From Azolla caroliniana (Eukaryota; Plantae; Polypodiophyta): 64,000 bases of DNA. How positions within the stretch are numbered: position 1 is the stretch's first letter; every line of letters starts with the position of its first letter. This document shows positions 53,240 to 64,000 of the stretch, piece after piece. The DNA lies in NCBI GenBank assembly GCA_043228905.1, contig JBHGNT010000001.1:36642001-36706000 (forward strand), read 5' to 3'. The position numbers and the translations under genes are program-made. The notes under the pieces were generated by a model. That model saw only the letters and a list, made by a program, of their open reading frames with translations. It did not search any database and was not told where the DNA came from.

Positions 53240-53580
53240 GAGCCCAAAAAGAAACGATCATATGCAAGGAAGTTTCTTGTCATAAAGATGCCCTACTACA
53301 ATGATCATTTCATGAGTTTCTCACAAGACAGATTCATACAAAGATTGATGCATGTATATGCTCCATGATGATTGTAAAGTAATAAGCCAACCTCGCTCAG
53401 GCTAGAGATCAAACTAGGGAGAGCAATTACCATAAATAGAGCTAGATGACTCTATATTTTACGTGAAGGAGAGGTTGGGCACAACTCTATAAGCCCAAAA
53501 CCAATGATCACATGCAAGGAAGTTTCTCGTCACAAAGATGTCCTCTACAATGATCAATTCACAAGTTTCTCACAAGACTT
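53240..53580. repeat. Two ~90 bp direct repeats in a probable TE relic
   Basis: AGCCCAAAA...GATCA(T/C)ATGCAAGGAAGTTTCT(T/C)GTCA(T/C)AAAGATG...AGTTTCTCACAAGAC at about 53241 and 53491. Confidence 0.8.
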
Positions 53581-54387
53581 GCATTCACATCCCATGACGG
53601 TTGGTCTAGCAATAAAACATTTGTATTTTTGGTGGGCTCTGTTATAGATAGGATCAATATTTTTTTTGTTGGTTTACCCAAACTCCTGTATTTCCCAATG
53701 ATTTAGAACTCTAGGGCCACGGAACTTGCTATCATGGGCAAAGAAATAAATGTGCTTAAGATATAATCTACCCACAAAAAAAAGCTACGGAATAGCAACT
53801 TCACCGCAATCTACCTCACGGGGGAGGTTCCCCTCGCTCTCTACCTGACCAAGTACCATAGAGATCTTATATTAAGATTGTCCTTATTTAGGGTCCTCAA
53901 GTTGAACTACGCACAACATATTCCTCAACACCAAGGACGACAATTCCCAAGGATAAATTTTGATAATTCCTCTCTTCCATATATGCCAATCAATGCCAAT
54001 CACAAGAATACATTCTTTCTCCATTTGCTAAATTTAATGACGAGTTTAAATTATCCTTCAATGAATTCAAGACCTACAATGTGTAAAAAAGAACCACTAG
54101 AAGGATGTACAATTATATATATGACATGATAAACTCTATACATGGGAGCCAGAAATTTGAGTACGTGTCCATGAGTTATTTCTTAAGACTCCCTTTTTAC
54201 ACTGGAGCCAAATTACTTCCAGAATATTTTTAAGATCATAGAGTTCGCTTCCAGAGCCCTATAATACAATGAATCATTGACGATGATCCAAACCTGAAAA
54301 GATAATAGACAGTAGGGGGTCATGTGGCCAATGAGCTTCTTTTTGAAGAATAAGACATGTGCACTGAATGCAATGCCGAGTTAATTA

Positions 54388-57300
54388 TTACACTCTCTCC
54401 TCCCCATCAAATGTAGAGTAACCTTTCCAACTGCCTCCCATGTCCTTTTCCAAGTTTTCCTGGGAAGATCTTGCAGTATTTGATTTTGTGTGCCTCAGAC
54501 CTCTGCTTGATGATGAGAGGCTAGTTGTTCTTGAAGGACCACTTCTACTCTTATCTGATGTCGAAGAATGTGGATTTCCACCTTGTGCAAATGCAATCAA
54601 GCTCTTAACCACACTTTGATATCGTCTTCGGAACGTTGGAAGCCTTGAAACGGATGTTACAATTCCTTGCACTCTTATAATTACCCAAGAAGAAGAAAAT
54701 TTCCAACATTAGTACTGTGAAACAAATTTGCCATGAAAGATATATACACCATTAAAGGAAGAAATCATATTGCTATATAAGTCATGAAATACCTTCTACT
54801 CCAAGCTTGTATCTCTCCTTTCCTTACTTCATCATTGGGTTCTATGCCACCATTTTTCCATTCATTCATCCTATGCGGGTCACCACTGGTAAAAATCCAT
54901 TTCAATAAATACAGTTCCTCGCTTTCAGCCAATCTCGCTGCACGAATTTGTTCTTTTAAGACCAATAGTGGCTCGAAAAACCAGTCGAAGATGCGATCTT
55001 GTGGACGATTATCCATCGTTACTTCCACACTGTCAACTGTAAGAGCATTGTGATATGCATTGAAGATTACGTCATAACATCAACTGTAATGTAACATTTA
55101 TCCAAAAATTCTTCTCATTACTATTATGGAAATTTCAATGTTGGTAGGCCAGCAAAGAAAATATGATGAGTTTGAGTATTATTGTGCACAAAATTAATCT
55201 ATCAATATACTATGGTGCATACATTTCAGTTACTTATATATCAGAGCACCTGTATAAAAGCAAGTTAGAAGCATCATAGCTCTACAACTGTTAAGAGCAA
55301 TGGGAAAACGAAAAAGAATTAAGGAGCCTTCATTCTGTAGAAGGAAAGATAGCACACTTTGTAATATTGAATAATGCGCTCATATTTTTGTCTCTTGTCT
55401 ACAAAGTGAATTAGAGGAAAAATGAGCTGCATCTCTCCATAGAAAACAGAATTTCGAACATTCACTTAGACATTTTTATAAACCCTCATCCTAAAATTTC
55501 ACACTTCCCTTTTATGAAGAAAATATAGGTTAAGTTCTATAAGAATGCATTGTTTTAGAGGTGTATTTACATGGATGGTAAAGTCAGAGAAGTATTCAAG
55601 GGAATGATGTTGTATATATAATACATACCTAGAAGCAGACCAGAAACTCCAGCTTTCGCAGAACGAATGAGGTTCGTAAGGAAAGTGAAGGCAGGCAACC
55701 CTACCGCCACAGTTCTCGCTTTACTGCTATTACTTGATCGTAGCCATTCTTCCAGTTCCTCAACCTTGATTGCACCCTGTTGAAGAAGTAATCTTCCATT
55801 TTGCTCACATGCTTTGAAAGTGTTGTCCCACACCTAAAGGTAAAGCAAATAGGGGGTTTGCATTATTAAAAATAGATTTATTAATGATAAGGTGTGTCCT
55901 GATAAGGGGTTCCATCATGTATGGCGTATTGGACTCTTCCGCAATGTATGGTGTATTCATATATCATGGCCTAAAATGATCTGTATCATCACACTAGTTG
56001 TTTCGTGAATTTACAAAAATACAAGAAAACAATAAAAAGCAGTCTCTTTTGATAGGAAACTGAGATAAAAAATAAAAAAAAAGAAATTCCAAAATTCTAT
56101 CGTGTTGAAGCCTACATTTTCGATGTAGGCTCTTTAAAAAAAATAGCATTACCCTTTGAGGCAACGTGGCAAAGCTAACAACATAGAAATTACATATGCA
56201 TGGAAATTATGAACATTTTCACCTGAACCATTTTGACTTCTTGCAAGGTTTGCCTGAGAGACCGGGAATATGTGACAGAATCTGAATCTGATTGAGACCC
56301 GACAGATGCTGAAATTTTATGTGTTGCAATCTCACTAGGCCATGGCCATGGTGTCGGTCTGTTGGTAAAACTTTCAGTACTCTGAGCTATCTTCTTGCGA
56401 TAGCGAGGCCTGGCCATCAGAATTTATGTCAATTTCTCATCAACCATGATGTGGTATAAGATCTCTCATTTCTTCGTAAAAGAACACATTTAAAAGATGC
56501 TTAAAACATGAAGTTGTCACTTAATACTCAGCTTCCCATGAGCTAACATACCATTGTTATGCATCTTTGTAGATTAAGATGTTTTTTTTAGAGACATTGA
56601 TATATATTTCTTTCTTTTGTTTTGAAATGAAAATTTAACACACCTTGGAAGACATGTTCCTTCACGCAAGTATATCATATCATTTGTATATTCATCAAAG
56701 TCTGCAATCACCGCCACAATATATGCTAAACCACATTTAAAGGAGCTTTCCTGAACAAAATGTTGAAACAGAGTTAACGCGACAAGTGAGCAGATGAATT
56801 GACATTTAAAGCAAACACATACTTCAGTTTCTGAGCACTATTTTCAAAGTTGACCTAGAACATATAGACTTCATATGAGACCAGAATATCATGGGCTTAA
56901 AATTAACCACGTGTACATGAGTGAGTGAATGTCAGGAAGAAAGACCATAAGTGAGTGAATACATTAATGTGTACTGGATACCAAGCCTATCAGACAGATC
57001 ATAATGCAAATGTCAGTGTCCTTTGATTATCTAAAAAAGGACAAAAATGTACAAAGCACAGAAACTAGAATATGTAAGTACAAAGTTTGAAACACCAGTG
57101 AGGAAACTATCACCCACTTTAACATTACATTGTTCCCTTTGGGATAGAAACGAACTCCATCTGATGTATTTCACTGCTAGTGAGTACAGTAATAACCATG
57201 GCTGATCATTCCATATAGCCAGAGTTTACAATTGTCAACTATATGGGAACAAATGTACACAGGTATGAAGTTCAGCAAAGTAAGATTCAACACTCTGGGA

Positions 57301-60300
57301 AAATATGATGTTTGGTATATCATACGATACCTCAAAACCATAAACAATATGCTACATAGACCATAAAAACTATCAAACATAGTAAACAATGAGCAGATAA
57401 AGCAGCCTGTGCAAGAAGCATGCTACACATCATGAGTATGCAGAAAATTAGGGAGAAAGTGGCCTAAGCAGATGGCTAGGATGACATGGGGGATGTGACA
57501 CTTTTATGAATGTATGAAATCCAAATATTTGCAGGTAAAAAATAATCGTCCAACACTCATTGACAAAGATGAATTTCGATAGAGAGAAACTGTATCAACA
57601 GATGAATTCTCTATTTCTAAATACAAGTATGTGTCTCAAACTATCTTCCAAAAATAACTCCTTAGGAAATTGGCAAAAGGAGCAGAATCAACACCCAAAA
57701 TCATGAAGTTATTCATTTTATGAATATCATTCAATGCCACAAACACTTAGAAATAGAGACACAAAAGTCTGCTCTGGTAAAGGCTGCATGCAGACTAAAT
57801 CATGAGTAGCATCATTATCAAAATTGGGGAGGCACTGCAGTGATTGTATTTCAAGGTTGGCACCATAGGAAACACCCCTAGCTCATCTTGTTTGGGGGCA
57901 GGTCGGTGGACAAAGGCCATAGAACTCTCCTCATGTATACTTTGACCTTGCTCAAGCTTTTAGGGATATTTTACTTTCACAAGCAAGTATACTTTGATCT
58001 TTCAGTCTTCAGCTAAAACTATGAGGTCTGTCTCTCTCCATCATCTACACCTGGTTTGTCTGGGTTCACCATCTCCTTTCAGATTTTGCCTAACTCAGAG
58101 AGGTCATCCATCAATCAGTTGCATTGGGTTTGTTAGCATGCAATGCTTTTGGCCTGGAATTCTAGTCATACCACTCATTACATAAGTCAGATTCTTGTAC
58201 TCCTTTCAATAGTGAGAACATATATTATTTCCTTATCTCCCTCTCAATCTCAGGTGTGTGACAGCATGAACAATATCTTAGCAAGATCAGGAAACAATCT
58301 GTGTGGCAACTTAATGCCGCAGGAACATAGCTATACAGTTAACACATTGAGATAAATATGAATTTCATGAGGTAATGATGATAATTTATTTATGAGCAGA
58401 ACACAAATTTAGTAATCTAATTAATGAAAGTTACACCTCAACTTTCCAGTTGTAATTGATAATCATGGAGACATGACATTAATTTATGGGTTGATTATGT
58501 TTGCAATTCTGATCTTACTCCAATAGTTCTAAGATTAGTATTGATGCAAACATGCAAGAAATTGGCTCTTAAAACAAAGGATAGCTTTAACTAAGGCCAT
58601 ATCTGCAATTTTAGGAAAGAAAAAAATTAATTTAGTGAATTCAGGTGGAAGAGAAATTCCCTGTCTAGAACATTAAAATTTCTATATCGTACACTTCTAG
58701 AAGATACAAATTCTTGCCATGACAACACAAAACTATTTGATTCCTCGGTCAGGCAAATTGATTCAGGCAGATTTATTGTAGCCCCTTGTTGGTATTAAAA
58801 TATGTTATATCCTGCATAAATGATACTTTATGCTGTTTCAATATATTTCAGTCTCAGAAGTCCTAAAACTGAAACTGCCCCTATGACTTTATTTCTTTGG
58901 GCTGCAAACATGAGTTACATTTTCTTTTCACTACCAGTCCAATGATCAACGAGATTTTCGTTCAAAAATTTCTGCCAAGATATCTCCCTATTATTGCGCA
59001 CTTTCGGCATTCTAACAAACTGGAGGACACCTCCAGAGCCTCACAACAGCATGCCTGAGGACAAAACAGTCATCTCTTTTGCTGAACATGAATAACAATC
59101 TACTGAAAGATTCGTGTCTTGAACACTTATCATAATGTTTTCCAGGAACTTTTCCCCTCTCACAAGCCAGGCAAGTCTGGATCTTTGATAAGCACAGCAT
59201 CTTTATTTCTAGTACATCATATGATTTAAGATGTGACAACTCACTAAGGGACTGCATATATCTGAAGACTAAAAGCATTTTCAAAAAAGAGGGAATATAT
59301 ATGTTCTGCTATATCCTTTGAGACAAAGATAACATCTAAATGAGCTTCGACCTACTTCCTATTTTGACATAATTGAAGAATACCTGATATACAACCACTG
59401 CTCCATATAGTCCAATAAAAACACTCGAAAATATTCCACACACTACTGTTACAACCACTACCAGAGGCCACAGTAGCACAGCTAGGCCAGCCACTGGTAC
59501 ACATACTGTCTCCAAAAAAGGACCTTCACGACCAACAAGATCTTGCAACAATCTTCTCCATCCTCTAAGAAGCATGAATGGGCTTTTGGCAATTGCAATC
59601 ACAGAGATAAATGGGACATCTAGTAAAACTCCCAGTAGCCCAACCAATACACACCCAGGAAGGTCCAACACCCTGGATCAAAGTGGTCATATTAGAAAAA
59701 GGCCCAACAGATTTCCCTGACTTTTTGTCTGCTAAATCAAACAACTTACTTGATCTCATAAGGCTGAAAATCTGGAGATGGTTCCTTACAGACGTCTTTC
59801 AAAAATGCAAAATATGAATGAAAACAGAAGTCGGTGAAGTCACGAACCACTGTACAACTCCCTGTGATGGTATCCCAAACACCATCCTGCATGCATATTA
59901 CACAAAGCATTGAATTTGTTACAGTGTATCTTATTTTACGGAAGTACTATGGTATTATCAAACATTTCGGTGAAAATAAGTGAATTCTGTAATCATTAAT
60001 CATTAAGTATTCAGGGTGATTTCAATGGTATCGGCACAGGAATCTTCCCAATTACCATCTACTCTGGAGCTTTTTGAGTTCATTAATGCGGACACATTGT
60101 AACTACATAAAGCATCTGCCATCAAATAGCAGCAGAGAACTTAAATTATGTTTGAACAAATAACCATTATTTATGTTACATCTAGATTGTATACCGTAAA
60201 ACAATGATGAAATTTGTTCTCTCGACCTTCCCTAACAGCTTCAAAAGTTGCTACTAAAGGTGTGAAAAAACCATAACCCAAACTGACAAGCACACTGCCA

Positions 60301-61503
60301 GAAATCCCAAATACCAGCAATAGAACAAAGGCCACAGGTAAGAGGAGAGCCAACACGACCTTCAATACAGGTCCCAGCATCTTAGTTCTGGACAAAATAG
60401 TGAAAACCCAATTCAGGGGGCTAAGACACAACTTTTTCAATTCACAAAGAAACAAATCGTTAATCAGCAAAATAATGCACAAATCTTTTCCTTTCTTTCA
60501 CTAGTTCTTGTAAACAATATAAGAACAAGACATATCCCTGTTAACATTACCTCGCTATGGCATAATATGTGCCAAGCACTTGAGCAGGCCATAATCCCAA
60601 GAGCACAACCGAATTTCCAATGCTCAAAATTGCAATGCTGAATGGCAAAACCATAAATCCTGCAACACATCTCAATCCAAATTCATCAGAATACTGAATG
60701 GAAACACAATAAACATGCCACACTCCAAATACATTTAGCATGATATCTAGGGTATGTTCGGAAGAAAATTAGAAAAATAGTCATTCAGTTCCAAAAGAAA
60801 GTGGATTATAAACAGTGTAACACTTGAAACATATTCTGATTAATAAGTCATACTTGTAAACATGTTTGGGAAAAAGTGGAAGTGATGATGCTGAAATATT
60901 AGTATTGCTAAGCTAAAACGATAAGATGACACTGAGCTATAAAGAAAGAAAATTGTATCTATTTAGTACTATTCCCTAATACATCATTCTTGTTGCCTTG
61001 AGGCTTCAAAATGATTTCAAGAAAGTTAATAGCATATGGAAGAAATTTCGGCATTTTAGGATTCCCCCCCCCCCTTAAATTCAACAGAAAAAACCCCATC
61101 AAGTCAGGGCTTTCTATGTCAAAAAGAGTAGAAACTACCTCGTCCTACTTTAAAACCCATTGATTTGGGCTTCAAAAGGAAAATCATTGGTTTATTTATT
61201 ATTCCACAGGTTGCATAAAACAGAACATAAAGTGTGTATAAAGAGAATTCAGATCATAAATACATATTCAATTGAATTTTAGACTTAGTGATGGAATGGT
61301 TAGATTAGGCAATGCAAACTATTGTTGGAATGTCTAACGATATTAGTCTAAACACTGACCAGTAAGCGTCTTTTTGAATGGAAGGAAGAGAATTCTCTCT
61401 TACCTTTGATGAAGCCGAGTAGGAAAAGACCGACGAAGAAAGGGAGGAAGTAGATGAAATTGAGAAATGAAGATGGACAGGAAAGCAAAGAGCTATCCAT
61501 CAT
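54388..61503 (-). CDS. Uncharacterised plant membrane protein, At3g27390-like, about 10 exons
   Basis: FIYFLPFFVGLFLLGFIK, IGNSVVLLGLWPA, GYGFFTPLVATFEAV, VRDFTDFCFHSY, KSPFMLLRGWRRLLQDLVGREGPFLETVCVP, NRPQDRIFDWFFEPLLVLKEQI, SVSRLPTFRRR. GT-AG junctions traced. Confidence 0.88.
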
Positions 61504-61639
61504 ACTTATATTCTGGCAGTTAATTCTATTATTTTGTGGCAGTCGAGATCTCTCTCTCCCTCTTCAAATCCGTATGTTGGGTTCTGTCATTTAATGTAAG
61601 CAAATAAAAAAAGGGTGTAGAGAGAGAAATCATTGAAGG

Positions 61640-61855
61640 GCTTAGGGTTTTAATGTATATGTTAAAAGAGAAAAGGATTTAGGGTTTTCCAATATGTATT
61701 GAAGAGAATTAACGAAGGATCTATTTAGGATTAGGGTACAGGATTTTGTTTAGGGTTTAGGGTTCGGATATGTAGGAAAGAGGAATCTGATAAGGGTTTA
61801 GGGTTGAGGATGAGTAAGAACGACTCCGTTTAGGTTTTAGGTTTTAGGGTTGAGA
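61640..61855 (-). promoter_or_regulatory. Cluster of telo-box / interstitial telomere-like motifs in the probable 5'UTR intron
   Basis: Multiple TTTAGGG/TTAGGGTT units, including TTTAGGGTTTAGGG at about 61749. A candidate donor CAG|GTCAAT lies near 62020. Confidence 0.6.
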
Positions 61856-62135
61856 ATAGGTAGGACGTAGGGATCTGTATATGGTTCAGGACAGGCAGTA
61901 AAGACGATTATGGTTAAGAGCTTACGATAGGTATATGGAATGAACCGATCGATTCGTGGCGCTGAGTTGGATGTGGAGTAGCAATATAGATCAATCCGAC
62001 GCGAACGAAGGGTCATTGACCTGAGGCTGAAACACGTAGAGAGAGAGAGAGAGAGAGATTCAGAGTGAGAATGAAAGAGATCTGAGATTCAGATAGTTTA
62101 TAGACTCAGAGAACTATTTACTCCTGAGACAGAGG

Positions 62136-62136
<1 letters not shown>

Positions 62137-62176
<40 letters not shown>

Positions 62177-62210
62177 CGTGTAGGCGGAGACAGGAAATCC
62201 AGATGATTCC

Positions 62211-62246
<36 letters not shown>
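62137..62246. repeat. (GT)n and (GA)n microsatellites
   Basis: Directly visible. Similar GA/CT tracts lie at about 8419-8452, 42146-42168, 52313-52337 and 62038-62058. Confidence 0.95.
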
Positions 62247-62250
<4 letters not shown>

Positions 62251-63347
62251 CAGATGATGCAACCCCCACCTTCGAGTGCCTCAACTGTGCTATTATCATT
62301 TATGCATGCATGCATGCATGCGAAAGGACTGTCACTTCAAACCATTCATTGTTAACTTACACCGCAAACAAACAAACAAACAAACAAGAAGGCTTCTTCA
62401 TTCAGGGATGGATAGAGAGACCTCCATCCACACCACCTACATCCATCCATACATGCATAAAGAGGAAGAGGGACGGAGGAAGCTTGTTTACTTTGGAAAG
62501 CACCACCACCATACCATGATGGGAAGGCCTTACAACTCAATTTCTTTTGGGACAACTCTACGGGTTCATTATAATACATCATACATGTATGTGTGTGTGT
62601 GTGGAAAATTGAGCCTAGGAAGATTGGCAGACACCTAGCTTGTGGAAACAAGGTTTAATTAAACTTTGCCCCCAAGAAACTATGTGAAAGAAACTCTTCC
62701 AGATTGTAGACTCGTATCGGTTATGCATGTTGTTTATAAGCTAATTGCGTAAGTACCATTGACGAGAGAATTAAAGCATATTTAATTAAGTACACACGTA
62801 TTCTACCCAAGGCATTCCTATTCTATTCATCCTTCATGGAGGGTGGAACAACAATTGAAGCAACATTCAACCTCGAATACCTCGATCTTCGCCTCTTGCC
62901 AATGACCTCTTTTACACAACCAATCTGAACCACATGAAGACAAATATGCGTGGAATTGGGAATAATTACATAAATTAGACTTGAAACATTGCCACACAAA
63001 GTAACACCAAGAATCAAATTGATGGGAAGTTGCAATGGAATTATATTATAATTTATATTGCACTATAGCCTTATGGTTATTTCACGCTTGTTGGATGGAC
63101 AACATGGAAAGCCATTTTTGGCTACCAACATTTGTTTAACAAATTCTGCCATTGACTAAGAAGATGCTTGCTTATATGTCTATACATATTTGATCACCTA
63201 CTTTTGGTGTTTGGGAAATGACTAATTTAGGGTTATGTATTTTAGCACATTTGGTTATGCCATGGTTCACAACTAGATGAATGGACTACCAAGATTAACG
63301 GCAATTAAATAGAGGTACCATAGTTTTGGGATGAATGGAATACAAAA

Positions 63348-63526
63348 TGATTGGCATTCTTTTGGTTCAATATGTCATAGAGGATTGAAAATAGCTATTC
63401 ACTTGTCCATCAACCTGAACTTTATCAACCCAAAAATGCACTATCAAGATGATTGGCATTCTCTAGGTTCAAGATGACATAAAGGATTGAAAATAACTAT
63501 TCACTTGTCCTTCAATATGAACTTTA
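63348..63526. repeat. Two ~77 bp direct repeats
   Basis: ATGATTGGCATTCT.T.GGTTCAA.ATG.CATA.AGGATTGAAAATA.CTATTCACTTGTCC occurs twice. Confidence 0.85.
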
Positions 63527-64000
63527 ATTCGTCAACTTATATCATCAAATTATTGAAAGTACCCCAATGTAGTCTAAGAAGGCATTGCAATATACATCAC
63601 AAAATTCTTCACCCTACATTATATTTCTCTAAGCGAGCTTATGCTTTGTTGTGCTTTTTGACTAAGTTTCCCTAGCATACTCTCCTACTCAACCCAACCT
63701 TCCCTTAAGACATTAGGCCAACTCCTCCACCTTTCCTCCTCCAAGACCAACAACATGCAAATTACAAGGTTTTTTAGAACTTCATGTGCACACTTTTTTA
63801 GAACAATTTAGAACTGACATCTTGTTGCACTCTTTGGTATATTCTACCCCCACATACCCTCTTAGATTATTCTTGCCCACTTAGGACAAAGACACACATC
63901 AAGAAAACTCATGTACACAAGTCCCATGGGTCAATATGGGCCTCTTTATGAATGCAGCTAGAAACAAAAAAAATATCATCCTTTACTTATACAACCATCA

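Noticed and set aside
61640-61855. True telomere or chromosome-fusion scar
   Set aside because: Units are short, dispersed and in one orientation, consistent with telo-boxes.
62118-62651. Overlapping short ORFs and a small hairpin
   Set aside because: Generated by microsatellite and low-complexity sequence; no known miRNA recognised.

Overview
Gene-dense nuclear DNA from a land plant. The short GT-AG introns and the style of the PLS-class PPR proteins suggest a fern or similar seed-free plant (inference). The window holds four PLS-E PPR genes with no DYW domain, an organellar t6A enzyme (TsaD/GCP1), a RECQL4-type helicase with Sld2-like and SAP domains, a NIMA-related kinase (NEK), a GT34/XXT-like glycosyltransferase whose catalytic Asp residues are replaced by Asn, and an At3g27390-like membrane protein. 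There are also two hAT-type MITEs, a long-TIR Mutator-like element and several degenerate repeats. The most unusual feature is a ~2.3 kb intronless, same-strand mosaic (1076-3325) of interleaved fragments from at least three unrelated housekeeping mRNAs: starch branching enzyme, Rab-GDI and NAT10. It suggests repeated reverse-transcriptase template switching. All homology calls come from recognising motifs by eye, not from database searches.
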